Source: Saprospiraceae bacterium
Lineage (GTDB): Bacteria; Bacteroidota; Bacteroidia; Chitinophagales; Saprospiraceae
Reading direction: 5' to 3'
Assembly (NCBI GenBank): GCA_046160345.1
Contig: JBJXGO010000027.1
Span: 20,135-84,134 of the forward strand
DNA length: 64,000 bases
The notes beneath the pieces were generated by a model. The model did no database searches and was not told where the DNA came from. It saw nothing but the letters and a program-made list of their open reading frames with translations. How positions within the stretch are numbered: the first letter of the stretch is position 1; each line of letters begins with the position of its first letter. This document shows, piece after piece, positions 27,889 through 38,392 of the stretch. Made by a program: the position numbers and the translations under genes.

Positions 27889-30800
27889 ATGCGTATCAAT
27901 AGACTTTGGATAATAGCCTTGCTGGCATTCGGGGTACTGGGTCTCGAAGCCCGCGAGCCTGATGGCCGAAAGGCATTAAAAAGCGCTAAAAAGGCCCAAT
28001 ACCGTGACCTTTGCGCCAACTCAGAAAGCGCCATTGACCAAGCTATCAACAACGTGCGTGCCCGACTTTTAGGGGGCGGCGACTGCTGGTGGGACTTGTC
28101 GAGGGGGCGATACATTGTACCAAAAGTGGACCCGGCTTCCGGCCAACCAGAAGTATCGGCCATTTTTGCAGGAGCAGTTTGGTTGGGAGGCATTGACCCG
28201 GGCAAAAACCTCAAACTGGCCTGCCAGGACTATCGCAACGATAGCAAGAATGATTTTTGGCCTGGTCCGATTTCTCTCGGAGGGGTCACAGAATCCTTTA
28301 CTTGTGCCAACTGGGACCGCCATTTCCGCGTGACCGGGGATGACATTCGTAAGCATTTGGCCAACGTGGCCAAAGGAAATCTCAACCCAAACGATATCCC
28401 ACGCAACATTAGAGGTTGGCCTGCTAAGGGCAACGAATACTTTCAGGCTGTTTGGGGTTTTGACCTTCCGTTTACGACACAGGCTCTTGCCGGGTTCTAT
28501 GACGTAGGCCCTACTCTTGGCACTTATGAGCCGCTCGAAGGCGACTATCCTTCTATCGAAATCAGGGGATGTCCGCTGGACAAATACCCGGACGAGATGA
28601 TATTCTGGATTTATAACGACCATGGCGGCGGCCAGGCGCACGCTCGTACCAATGGTGATGCAATTCAGATGGAGGTGCAAGTGCAGGCTTTCGGCTATAC
28701 CACCAATGATGAGCTGAACGACATGACTTTCCAGCGCTATAAACTGATCAATCGCGCACTTGATCGTATTGACTCGATGTTCTTCGCCATGTGGATTGAC
28801 CCAGATCTTGGTTGCGATGAAGATGATTATATCGGTTGTGATACAGCCAAGAGCTTGATGTATATCTACAATCAAGACCAAGTGGATGGAAATCCGGGGG
28901 CTACCTGTCCTAGTGGTGCCGCCACGTACGGTTCCAATATTCCGTTGCTTGGTGTGGACTATTTCCGCGGCCCATTGGGTATCAGACTTGATTCCATGGG
29001 AGAAGATGAAGAGTATGAATTGGGTATGAATTCGTTCATGTATTACAATCGTGGCGGTGGCGGTCAGGGAGACCCTACTGCTCCTAACCAATACTACAAT
29101 TACATCACGGGCACCTGGGCTGATGGAACCGCGCTTACTTACGGAGGAAGTGGATACAATCCAGGTAATCCTACTGCCCCGCGTATTCGCTACTGCTTTA
29201 CGGAACCACCCAACCAGCCTGGCTGGAGCATGTGTACTGCAGGCCTTCCATTAGGAGACCGCCGCACCTTGCAGGCCTCAGGGCCTTTCACCCTCAAGCC
29301 GGGTGCGGTGAACGAACTTATCATTGGTGTTCCGTGGGTGCCTGACATTGAGTATCCTTGCCCTGACATGGAAAACCTTTTCCGTGCTGACAAACTTGCA
29401 CAGGGACTTTTTGACAATTGCTTCGAACTGCTCGACGGACCGGATGCACCTACTGCAGACTGGATTGAATTGAACAAAGAAGTAGTGGTTGTACTCACCA
29501 ATAAGCAATTCCCGGAATCCAACAACTTCACCGACAGAAATGAAGACTATCAACAGTTGGACTTTCTTGCTCCCGACTCAATTAAGAATAGCCCTATCCC
29601 TGCAATTAAGGAGCAGGCACTTTACAAGTTCGAAGGTTACCTGATTTATCAGCTTCGCGACGAGAACGTTTCGGCCAAGGACTATAGCAATCCAGAAAAA
29701 GGGCGCCTTGTATATCAGGTGGACGTCAAAAATGGTGTAAAAAAGCTGTATAACTGGGTAGAAACCCGCGATCCAGCAACAGATAAGAAGGTTTACTATC
29801 CTGTGTTACAAGTGGAAGGTACCGATAACGGTATCCGTCACACTTTCAACATCACAGAAGACAAGTTTGCCAGTGGCAACGACAAGCGTTTGATAAACCA
29901 CAAGAAATACTATTTCTCCGTGATTGCTTACGCGCACAACAGTTTTGCTCCGCTTGATCCTTTTGCACAGCCAGTAACCGGGCAACAACGCCCCTTCCTG
30001 GCAGGTCGTAAGAACATCCAGATCAAAACGGTGATCCCACGACCAATTGTTGACGTATCGCTGAATACGGCTTATGGCGACGGTGTTGTCATCACTCGAC
30101 TGGAAGGTATTGGCGCAGGCGGCAATTTCATTGACCTGGACGATGATACACGCAATAGAATTCTCAACAGCGACTTCGACAGTACCTTGACCTACAAACC
30201 AGGTCGTGGCCCGCTCACCGTCAATGTATTCAATCCGTTTGAAATACAGGACGGCGAATACGAATTGAAGTTTGTAGATGGCAACCGTTCGGACACAAAA
30301 CTTGACGATACGAGTCGTTGGGAACTCCGCAAACTACCTGACGGGGCCGTAATTGCCGCAGAAAGGACCATTTCAGAGCTCAATGAACAGATTGTTTTGC
30401 AGTATGGCTTCTCCGTCAACATTTCCCAAACCGGTGATCCAGGGCAAAAACAAGATGACCGCAACGGAGGCATTGGAGCTGAGATCGAGTACTCCAATCC
30501 TAATGAATCATGGTTGTTTGGCTTCGAGGATGACCTGGGAGGCAACCCGTTCTTTAATTTTGTTAAAACAGCCGCTCTGGAGGAAGACGAAACGCTAGAC
30601 CCAAAACAAGGCTTGAGTAAGCTTGGTAATGGCTGGTTTGTACCCTACGTTCTGGCGGATTGGGACACAGATGCGACCGAACTTGATGTGATCACGCCCG
30701 CCTGGACAAACTCATTGAATAATGCAGCAGTAGGTGATCGGAAAAAGAAACTTGGCGAACTGCCTAATGTTGACATTGTACTAACCAGCGACAAATCAAA

Positions 30801-31926
30801 ATGGAGCCGCTGTATCGTTATTGAAACCGCTGCAAAGGTTTTCACCAACGATACCAGCAGGTACAAAATCCAGAATAACGGAACCAAGGGTCGTTTGATG
30901 TTTGACACGCGTTATTCACTATCTGTGGGCAAAAACGATAGCAATGGTGACGGCTTGCCCGATCCGGACGGAGAATTGAACCCAACAACAGCGCCAGCCA
31001 ATCAAGGCATACCTGCAGCACTTCAAGGGACTCCTGTTTATGGTATGAGCTGGTTCCCTGGTTATGCCGTGGATGTTGAAACAGGTCAAAGGCTCAACGT
31101 ATTTTTTGGCGAAAACTCGGGCTACTCCAAGAATCTCGACGCAGGCTATACAGGTCGTGATTTGCTTTGGAATCCTACCGATCAGTTTATTGACACCTTC
31201 CCGGGCTATTGGGGCGGTGCTGTATTGGGCGGTCACCACTGGATTTATGTCATGAATACCCGCTACGATTCTTGCACTCAACTTCGCAAGCGCCTGACGC
31301 CTGAGTTTGGTGCGCCAGCCTTCAAAGTACAGCAAGTTGGTAAGATCGCCTGGGCAGGTATGGTTCAGTTGGCAACAGGTTTCAAAATGAAATCGCTCAA
31401 TGATGGACTTATCCCCAACGACACCCGGATTAAACTCCGTGTGGACAATGCTTACCAGACCTGGTATGACGATGACAATCTGATCAATCCAATTGATGGA
31501 AAGCCATGGCGTACAGGCCATCCAAAATATTTGTTCAAAATTCAAGGCCGCGAGCCTTCTGCATTGACATCTGTAGCAGTAGAGAACGCATTGGATTCTG
31601 TAAAAATGGTGCCCAATCCGTACTATGGCTTCTCCGAGTATGAATCTTCGCAGTTCACAAACACGGTCAAAATCACTAACCTGCCGGGTAAGTGCAAAGT
31701 GACGATTTACTCGCTTGATGGCAAGTTCATCCGTCAGTACAGCCGCGACGAAGTTTATATGCCTTACGATCAAATTACACCTGCTATCGAGTGGGATTTG
31801 AAAAACAGCAAGGGCATACCTGTGGCAAGCGGGGTGTATTTGGTGCACGTCGATGCTCCGGGCATGGGTGAAAGAACCTTAAAATGGTTTGGCATTGGGC
31901 GGCAATATGACCCCTCGGGGCTTTGA
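27889..31926 (+). CDS. Very large (1345 aa) secreted protein of unknown function with T9SS-CTD-like C-terminus
   Basis: It has a signal peptide (MRINRLWIIALLAFGVLGLEA). The C-terminal roughly 90 aa (VKMVPNPYYGF...VTIYSLDGKFIRQY...GVYLVHVDAPG) resemble a T9SS sorting domain. I recognised no catalytic motif. Confidence 0.7.
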   Translation: MRINRLWIIALLAFGVLGLEAREPDGRKALKSAKKAQYRDLCANSESAIDQAINNVRARLLGGGDCWWDLSRGRYIVPKVDPASGQPEVSAIFAGAVWLGGIDPGKNLKLACQDYRNDSKNDFWPGPISLGGVTESFTCANWDRHFRVTGDDIRKHLANVAKGNLNPNDIPRNIRGWPAKGNEYFQAVWGFDLPFTTQALAGFYDVGPTLGTYEPLEGDYPSIEIRGCPLDKYPDEMIFWIYNDHGGGQAHARTNGDAIQMEVQVQAFGYTTNDELNDMTFQRYKLINRALDRIDSMFFAMWIDPDLGCDEDDYIGCDTAKSLMYIYNQDQVDGNPGATCPSGAATYGSNIPLLGVDYFRGPLGIRLDSMGEDEEYELGMNSFMYYNRGGGGQGDPTAPNQYYNYITGTWADGTALTYGGSGYNPGNPTAPRIRYCFTEPPNQPGWSMCTAGLPLGDRRTLQASGPFTLKPGAVNELIIGVPWVPDIEYPCPDMENLFRADKLAQGLFDNCFELLDGPDAPTADWIELNKEVVVVLTNKQFPESNNFTDRNEDYQQLDFLAPDSIKNSPIPAIKEQALYKFEGYLIYQLRDENVSAKDYSNPEKGRLVYQVDVKNGVKKLYNWVETRDPATDKKVYYPVLQVEGTDNGIRHTFNITEDKFASGNDKRLINHKKYYFSVIAYAHNSFAPLDPFAQPVTGQQRPFLAGRKNIQIKTVIPRPIVDVSLNTAYGDGVVITRLEGIGAGGNFIDLDDDTRNRILNSDFDSTLTYKPGRGPLTVNVFNPFEIQDGEYELKFVDGNRSDTKLDDTSRWELRKLPDGAVIAAERTISELNEQIVLQYGFSVNISQTGDPGQKQDDRNGGIGAEIEYSNPNESWLFGFEDDLGGNPFFNFVKTAALEEDETLDPKQGLSKLGNGWFVPYVLADWDTDATELDVITPAWTNSLNNAAVGDRKKKLGELPNVDIVLTSDKSKWSRCIVIETAAKVFTNDTSRYKIQNNGTKGRLMFDTRYSLSVGKNDSNGDGLPDPDGELNPTTAPANQGIPAALQGTPVYGMSWFPGYAVDVETGQRLNVFFGENSGYSKNLDAGYTGRDLLWNPTDQFIDTFPGYWGGAVLGGHHWIYVMNTRYDSCTQLRKRLTPEFGAPAFKVQQVGKIAWAGMVQLATGFKMKSLNDGLIPNDTRIKLRVDNAYQTWYDDDNLINPIDGKPWRTGHPKYLFKIQGREPSALTSVAVENALDSVKMVPNPYYGFSEYESSQFTNTVKITNLPGKCKVTIYSLDGKFIRQYSRDEVYMPYDQITPAIEWDLKNSKGIPVASGVYLVHVDAPGMGERTLKWFGIGRQYDPSGL

Positions 31927-32093
31927 TGTAACTGCTTAAAAACAGGGTTGATAAAGGTAGATGAGCGTTTATGAGGGTTGATTGTTGTTGTGCTAAAATT
32001 CAAGTAACGGTTTTTTGGCAAATAATAATCAACCTTCATAAACCCTTATCAACCCTTATCAAGCTTCTTAACACACACACTCATTCATCTGTC

Positions 32094-33134
32094 ATGAATA
32101 GAAAATACACTTTACTGGTCGCTTTTGCAGCCTTTTTTACTGCTGGTATTGCCATCGCGGGTAATCCAGATCGTCAAGGAGAGGCAGGGGCCAACCAACT
32201 CATTATCAATCCTTGGGCACGTTGTGCCGGGCTCCATGCCATGAACACGGCAAATACGACCGGGGCAGAAGCAATGTACCTCAACGTGGCGGGTCTTTCG
32301 CGGATTAATTCCACCCAGATTCAACTCGGCCATACGCGCTACATCGCTGACATTAACCTCAATGCCGTAGGCTTTGCTCAGCCTATTGGTAAAGGGGGAG
32401 GGGCTTTTGGTGTGAGCCTTGTGGCTATGGACCTTGGTGAATTTGACTACACCACCACCGAAAACCCGGAAGGCTCAGGAGCTACTTTCAGCCCCACTTA
32501 CTTCAATATGGCGCTTTCTTACTCACACCTTTTTGAAAACAAGGTGTCGGTTGGAGTCTCCGCCAAAGTTGTGAACGAAGCTATCAATAATGTCTCAGCC
32601 CGTGCCTTTGCGCTCGACGCAGGTGTTCAATATGTAACGGGAGAGAATGACAATTTTAAGTTTGGCATCTCACTTCGCAATGTGGGCTCCAAGATGCGCT
32701 TCACGGGCGAAGGCCTGTCAAGGCAATTGCCCAACCCTGGACCTATCAGTTACAACAACACGTATTACGAACGGTCCACGGCCTACGAATTGCCTTCCCA
32801 GCTCAATATCGGAGCCTCTTATGATTGGCTTCTGGGTGCTCAAAACCGCCTGAGTTTCATGGCCAACTTTACCTCAAATGCCTTTTCACGTGACCAATTA
32901 GGTGGCGGTTTAGAACTCAGCGTAAGCAAAAGTTTTGCACTGCGTGTAGGTTACAAAGCAGAATTGGACGAGGTTACCGAAGAAGCAACGATTGACAATG
33001 GGCTCAGCGGCGGACTCAGTTTTTCAATTCCTGTGCGTAAAGGTTCAGACACCCGCATCGGTTTGGATTATGGCTATCGTCAGACCAAAATCTTTAACGG
33101 AATTCATAATTTAGGCCTCCGCCTGGAATTCTAA
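32094..33134 (+). CDS. PorV/PorQ-family outer-membrane beta-barrel protein
   Basis: It has a signal peptide and the pattern GEAGANQLIINPWARCAGLHAMNTANTTGAEAMYLNVAGLS..., ending ...GLRLEF. This is characteristic of PorV/LptO-like barrels. Confidence 0.7.
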   Translation: MNRKYTLLVAFAAFFTAGIAIAGNPDRQGEAGANQLIINPWARCAGLHAMNTANTTGAEAMYLNVAGLSRINSTQIQLGHTRYIADINLNAVGFAQPIGKGGGAFGVSLVAMDLGEFDYTTTENPEGSGATFSPTYFNMALSYSHLFENKVSVGVSAKVVNEAINNVSARAFALDAGVQYVTGENDNFKFGISLRNVGSKMRFTGEGLSRQLPNPGPISYNNTYYERSTAYELPSQLNIGASYDWLLGAQNRLSFMANFTSNAFSRDQLGGGLELSVSKSFALRVGYKAELDEVTEEATIDNGLSGGLSFSIPVRKGSDTRIGLDYGYRQTKIFNGIHNLGLRLEF

Positions 33135-33395
33135 AAGTAAGAAATTTGGGCCTGGGCTTTTGAGTTTCACCAAACTGCCCATACCTTTGTATCAAGATTA
33201 ATGCAGGAACGTTCTTGTCCACCAGACAAGGACGTTTCTGCTTTTTTCTGCCCCTACCCATCGCCTCTATGTTTTGTAGTAAGGTGGTTGAAGAATGAAT
33301 CAATGATCATTCGCATTTTTGTTTACCGCCAGTCTATGTGTGGGGGGCATCATTCATCACCCGCCAGTCTAAAGGCAGGCTAATTTATTCCTATT

Positions 33396-33875
33396 ATGTC
33401 AAATTACACATACCTGACACAGGGTGGTTACGACAAACTAAAAGCAGAACTGGAAGAACTAAAAACCAAAGGCAGGCAAGAAGCAGCAATTGCCATTGCC
33501 GAAGCACGCGCCCAAGGCGATCTTTCAGAAAATGCTGAATACGATGCTGCGAAAAATGCTCAAGGACTGCTGGAGCTTAAAATAAATGAATTGGAAACCA
33601 TCTTTTCCACAGCTCGCATCATTGATGAAAGCTTGTTGGACGATTCCAAGGTTGCCATTCTTTCCAATGTCACCATCAAAAACCTTAAAACCGGCAAAAA
33701 CATGACCTATAAACTGGTGTCAGAAACAGAAGCCGATGCAAAGCAGATGAAAATATCGGTCACTTCGCCCATTGGGCACGGACTGCTGGGCAAAACTAAA
33801 GGCGAGATCGCAAGGGTGGAAACCCCCGGAGGTGCCATGGAATTCGAAGTGGTGGACATCACTATTGGAGGTTAA
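33396..33875 (+). CDS. greA: Transcription elongation factor GreA
   Basis: The 159-aa product shows LTQGGYDKLKAELEELK...GDLSENAEYDAAK...SPIGHGLLGK. Confidence 0.95.
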   Translation: MSNYTYLTQGGYDKLKAELEELKTKGRQEAAIAIAEARAQGDLSENAEYDAAKNAQGLLELKINELETIFSTARIIDESLLDDSKVAILSNVTIKNLKTGKNMTYKLVSETEADAKQMKISVTSPIGHGLLGKTKGEIARVETPGGAMEFEVVDITIGG

Positions 33876-33955
33876 GACGCCTCAATTACCTTTATTGAAT
33901 TACTTTCGAATCGCCGAGGCTCCAACATGAACCTCGGCGATTTACTTTTGCACTA

Positions 33956-34360
33956 ATGTCGCCACTCGAAATATTCCATAAAATGTACGACAAGGACCCG
34001 TTCAGCAAATGGCTGGGCGCGGAACTCCTGTCGATCGGAGAGGGTACTTGCACACTCCGCATGACCGTCCGGGCCGAAATGCTCAACGGATTCGGAGTAG
34101 CACACGGGGGTATCACCTTTGCCCTGGCAGATAGCGCTTTCGCATTTGCCTGCAACTCTCGTGGACGGCACACGGTTTCCATTCATTGTACAGTAGAACA
34201 CGTAGCTCCGGTCTTTGAAGGCGATGTGCTCACTGCCGAGGCACGGGAAGAGAATCTTGGAAAATCTATTTCAAATTACGCCATCTCAGTCACCAAACAA
34301 GACGGTTCGCCAGTGGCTTTCTTTCGGGGTGTTGCATATAGGAAGCATCAGGAGTGGTAA
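33956..34360 (+). CDS. PaaI-family (hotdog-fold) acyl-CoA thioesterase
   Basis: The 134-aa product shows NGFGVAHGGITFALADSAFAFA, the motif typical of PaaI/YbgC-like thioesterases. Confidence 0.8.
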   Translation: MSPLEIFHKMYDKDPFSKWLGAELLSIGEGTCTLRMTVRAEMLNGFGVAHGGITFALADSAFAFACNSRGRHTVSIHCTVEHVAPVFEGDVLTAEAREENLGKSISNYAISVTKQDGSPVAFFRGVAYRKHQEW

Positions 34361-34402
34361 ACCTCGGAGGTCTACGTAGACCTTGGAGGTCTACCATACA
34401 AC

Positions 34403-37400
34403 TTACCGATTCAATAGCACTTTTTGACGCGTAATCCGCCCCTGCTTCGATTCCGCTTCCAGTAAATAAACCCCAGGGGTTAAATTGCTTACGTTGAAAA
34501 AGCCCGCCACTTCATCTACGGACTCCTCCGAATATTTGGACGACAATATTTCCCGACCAAAAATATCCAGAAGCCTGATAGTAGCCGGGCCATTTGCTTC
34601 GAACTTGAAGTACAGGTTTCCCTTTACTGGATTGGGCCAAACCCGGAGCGTATGGAGAATGTCAATTTGTTCCTCGGTGCCAACACTTCCGCAATTTGGG
34701 TCATATTCCTGGCCGGGTGAGCCACCCAGACACCCCGCAAACCAATTTTCCACGGCATTCAAATTGGCATCAATGCTTTCATTTTCAAGCGTGTAGCCAT
34801 TGCCGTCCGGTCCATCTGGCCAAGGCTCGGCATCATCAAAACACAGACTAAGGTAAAGTCGACCATCCAGAGCGTACAACTGCACCATATCGCCATTGCC
34901 GTTCAGTCCAAAGCCAAGCGGTCCGGTTTTGTTACTTATATTGGGAAATTGTATGCTGAATTTTGCTTCGTCCTGCACAAAAACGTGATAGCCATTTGGG
35001 GGCAAGATCGTCCCCAGCGGGATTTCAAAAGAATTTCCGTTGCCATCCCTGATTTCCCACCCGGCAAGATCTAAGGGGGCATTGGTCCGATTGAAGAGTT
35101 CGATCCAATCACCTGCATCTGCATTCGTTGCCGAATTGTAGTTTATTTCCGTGACGGTGGGCACTTCCAAACAGGCTGAATATGTTGCCCCGGGAGAACC
35201 TCCAACGCAACCCGCAAACCAGGATTCAGGCAAGTTCGGAACCATGCCGGTATCGGCACGCTCCAGGGTTCCGCCAAATCCATCGGCGGTACAAGGCCAG
35301 GGCTTTGTATCCTTGAAAACGAAAGCTTCCAGTTCGGTGCCGTTTCGGTCAAACAAATGCAATTCATCTCCTTCGTTGTCGAGATTGAAAGGCAAAGCCA
35401 CATTCAACACATTGCTTACAACCGGATTTTCAGCCATAAACCGGGAGAGATTTTCGGCTAAAACCAAATGTCCGTTGGGCGGCAAAGTTGTTCCGGTAGG
35501 CAAAACGAATTGGTGGTACCAATCCTTGTCGCGCAGGCTAAAGTCTGAAAGGTCGAGTAAAGAACTGCCTTCGTTCCGAATCTCCAGCCAGTCGCCCGCA
35601 TTGCGCGTGGGGTCTGAATTGTAGTTTATCTCGCTGATCTTCAAGGCAATATTCTGCGATGTGCCTACGAAATTTGCGGTAAAGCTGGTATTTGCCGGAA
35701 CATCAGCAGTAAAACTTTGCCCGGCCAAGTTCCCGATATTCGGGTTGGCTGACCAACTCGTGAAGGCATAGCCGGGGTTTGGGATCGCTGTTACGGTCAC
35801 AGCATTGCCGTGGAAATAAATGCCGGTCCAGGGAAGATCTTGCGGCACTACGGTGGAGATTTTGATGGTGCCGGCACCCAGTGGATTTGCCTGCAAAGTG
35901 ATGCTTACCTCCTGGTCAAGTTGAAAATTGTCAACAATGTGCTGGCGCTGATTGGCAGGTCTCTGGGAATAAAAGTCTTTGAGCCCCTGCACGGCATTGC
36001 TCCAATGGTTGAGATCGCCGGTACCCCATCGCTGGTTGTGGCGGTTTATCTCGGGACCCAATTCAGCAGCATTGGTGTTGACCAAAGCGTGGGCGCGGGC
36101 AGGTAAAAAAGAAGTGTTCATCAAATCTGCAAACCGATTGATGAAGTAGCGGCGGTATTCGGTGTTGTCGAGCAAACTGCGTAGCATTTTCCCGTAGCGT
36201 GAGTTGTTTCCAAGGGTAGTGCCCAAAACATCACAACCCGCACATCCTGATGCATTGCCTGAAGAGTACGATACATCCCAGAGGATAAATTTCCAGGGGG
36301 CATTTTTTTCTGTTTTAAACAGGCGTATGTTGTTGTAATAATCTTGAAGCCAATCGGTGCTGGCTACAAAGACCTCGGTGATGATATAATCAGCAAAATT
36401 GTCTAGATCAAGCAGTTGTGAAGCCTTTTGAAAATTTGCCGCAACACTCAGGTCATTGTTTGATATGAAGTTGGACATAGATTCAAAATCATCAATTGTC
36501 CCTGTTTCGGCTTCGTCCAGGGTGGTGCCAGCATTCAGGTTAAAATAGGTTTTTACCATGTTCACCGAGTCAGGGTCTGCCCCATAATTGTCTCTAACAA
36601 AATAATTATCCAAGCGCTCCCGGGCGACGTAGTGACCCCAGTATTGACCGTTGATGAAACCAATTACGTTTTGGTACGATGCCCGCCCCGCGTGGGTAGG
36701 CGCAGCCAATTCATTCACGATCCGGTCGCGCATTCGGGCACTGGTCCAGTCGTCATCTTCATTTCTGATGCGGAATGAGCGGTATTTTTCTATCGGTTTG
36801 TCTGGCGAAAAAAGAGGGTACTCGATCTCGCCCAGAGAGCCGTAATCCTCATCTGTGTCGAACTGAAGACTTTTTTGTGGGAAACCCACGGACCAGTTGC
36901 CCACTACATAGCCTGCAAACTCCCCCTCGAATTGTTTTTGTTTGTTTTTGTCAAAATATTGCAGGCTCACCACACCCTTGCGGGAATAGTTGTCATAAAC
37001 TTCAGTAAAATCCTGGGGCGAAATGGTGACCGAAACGACCGGAAGCGTTACATCCTCATTGATAAAATAAGTAGCCGTCTCTGTTGCGCTGGGCAATTTG
37101 AAGGCCTCGAACGCTCTGGCGCGAAGCACTGTGTTTTGGCTCGCGACAATTGGGGCAGTATAGAGTGTGGAGCTGGTGTTTGGCACGCTTCCATCGATGG
37201 TATAGCGGATCTCGCCAACGCCCGTGATGCCCACATTTTGGTTTCCCGAATAAAAACCCGCCGAAAGTGTGAAGGAAGGCATTTCAGCATAACTGTTCTG
37301 ACAATCAAAGCCGTTGGCCGTGGTTGGCGTTGGCGTTGCGGTTGTACACCAATCGCCCTCGTCGTTGATGCGCATCAAGCTGTGGCCAGGCTGAAGTTGT

Positions 37401-38392
37401 ACCATGGAAACAGAATCTACCAGATTCCCTAACTCGTCGAAGAGTACAATTTTTTCTGAAAAATTGATTTTAAAATCAGTGTGCAGATTTCCATTGAAAC
37501 CGTTACCAGGGTTGAACCACGGAGGCGTTGGGCCATATAATTGTGCGGAAGTCCCAATGCCAAAATGCAGCCATGTGCGGGCTGAAAGATCGCTGGAGTT
37601 GGTGGCAGTATTGTGTATTTCTACGGCCAATACGTTTTGTCCCTGTTGTAGTAACACAGCCAATGCTGCCTGGTCCAGGGTAAATGCCTCAGGAAGCGCA
37701 GCGTTGTTGTAAAAAGTAGCCTCATGTTCGCCAACCAGGGTATTCCAATTTGGCTGACCGCTTACGGTGCTGCTGCGGGCTATTTCCTGCCCGTTGAGGT
37801 ATGCGATGAAGCCGTCGTCATAATCCATGCTGAGCACTGCGCGAATGATTTGGCTCAAATCTGGCACATCGAAAATTCGGCGGTAGTAAACCGAAAGTGT
37901 GCCATTTGGCACTACGGTGCCGTCGTCGCCATCGGCATAGCCAAAACCGCCCGGTCCACTGGCCCAGGCTGAATCATCGAATCCAAGGGTGTTCCAATCA
38001 GCGGGCGGATTGCTGGTGCCGATTCGGTAGCGCCAAGTGTTGCCTTCGTAAACGGCTGTTTCCCAATGATCTATACTACCTGGCGGCACCATAGAAGAGC
38101 CTCGGTTTTTGCCGGAGGCGAACACCAGTAGTCGCTCACCGGGGTCCAGGCTTAGCTCTGGCAGCAGCCATCGCTGGGCTTTCGACCCATCGCTGAGACC
38201 CCATCCAAGGAAATTGGTTGCTTGAGTCCCACCGTTCCTGATCTCAATCCAGTCGGGCCGGTCGCCATCTTCGTCCTGGATCTGTCCCGTGTTGGTAGGG
38301 GCGATTTCGGTGAGGCGAATTTGTGCGGATAAGGAGCATGTGAAGCTCAGCGCGAGGAGTATGAGTGTGTGTTGTATGAATACCTTTTTCAT
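34403..38392 (-). CDS. Giant secreted CotH-family protein with lamin-tail (LTD) domains and T9SS C-terminal domain
   Basis: It has a signal peptide and three LTD-like segments (ITEI..N....DWIEIRN...L.GW.L). The central region is CotH-like (YFINEDVTLPVVSVTISPQDF...FRIRNEDDDWTSARMRD...). The C-terminus is a T9SS CTD (LRVWPNPVKGNLYFKF...GVYLLEAES). Confidence 0.75.
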   Translation of the reverse strand: MKKVFIQHTLILLALSFTCSLSAQIRLTEIAPTNTGQIQDEDGDRPDWIEIRNGGTQATNFLGWGLSDGSKAQRWLLPELSLDPGERLLVFASGKNRGSSMVPPGSIDHWETAVYEGNTWRYRIGTSNPPADWNTLGFDDSAWASGPGGFGYADGDDGTVVPNGTLSVYYRRIFDVPDLSQIIRAVLSMDYDDGFIAYLNGQEIARSSTVSGQPNWNTLVGEHEATFYNNAALPEAFTLDQAALAVLLQQGQNVLAVEIHNTATNSSDLSARTWLHFGIGTSAQLYGPTPPWFNPGNGFNGNLHTDFKINFSEKIVLFDELGNLVDSVSMVQLQPGHSLMRINDEGDWCTTATPTPTTANGFDCQNSYAEMPSFTLSAGFYSGNQNVGITGVGEIRYTIDGSVPNTSSTLYTAPIVASQNTVLRARAFEAFKLPSATETATYFINEDVTLPVVSVTISPQDFTEVYDNYSRKGVVSLQYFDKNKQKQFEGEFAGYVVGNWSVGFPQKSLQFDTDEDYGSLGEIEYPLFSPDKPIEKYRSFRIRNEDDDWTSARMRDRIVNELAAPTHAGRASYQNVIGFINGQYWGHYVARERLDNYFVRDNYGADPDSVNMVKTYFNLNAGTTLDEAETGTIDDFESMSNFISNNDLSVAANFQKASQLLDLDNFADYIITEVFVASTDWLQDYYNNIRLFKTEKNAPWKFILWDVSYSSGNASGCAGCDVLGTTLGNNSRYGKMLRSLLDNTEYRRYFINRFADLMNTSFLPARAHALVNTNAAELGPEINRHNQRWGTGDLNHWSNAVQGLKDFYSQRPANQRQHIVDNFQLDQEVSITLQANPLGAGTIKISTVVPQDLPWTGIYFHGNAVTVTAIPNPGYAFTSWSANPNIGNLAGQSFTADVPANTSFTANFVGTSQNIALKISEINYNSDPTRNAGDWLEIRNEGSSLLDLSDFSLRDKDWYHQFVLPTGTTLPPNGHLVLAENLSRFMAENPVVSNVLNVALPFNLDNEGDELHLFDRNGTELEAFVFKDTKPWPCTADGFGGTLERADTGMVPNLPESWFAGCVGGSPGATYSACLEVPTVTEINYNSATNADAGDWIELFNRTNAPLDLAGWEIRDGNGNSFEIPLGTILPPNGYHVFVQDEAKFSIQFPNISNKTGPLGFGLNGNGDMVQLYALDGRLYLSLCFDDAEPWPDGPDGNGYTLENESIDANLNAVENWFAGCLGGSPGQEYDPNCGSVGTEEQIDILHTLRVWPNPVKGNLYFKFEANGPATIRLLDIFGREILSSKYSEESVDEVAGFFNVSNLTPGVYLLEAESKQGRITRQKVLLNR

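Noticed and set aside
28069-29091. 340-aa minus-strand ORF inside the 1345-aa gene. The same applies to 30919..31848 (309 aa), 16430..17221 (263 aa), 12957..13736 (259 aa), 9989..10744 (251 aa), 51359..52084 (241 aa), 5097..5765 (222 aa) and 1018..1665 (215 aa).
   Set aside because: All are long antisense shadow ORFs lying fully within confidently identified genes on the opposite strand. Their translations are low-complexity and Arg/His/Cys-rich with no motifs.
27889-31926. Calling the 1345-aa protein PorU (T9SS sortase) because it precedes a PorV-like gene
   Set aside because: I could not find the gingipain/C25-type His and Cys catalytic motifs expected for PorU. Size and position alone are insufficient, so it is left as unknown function.
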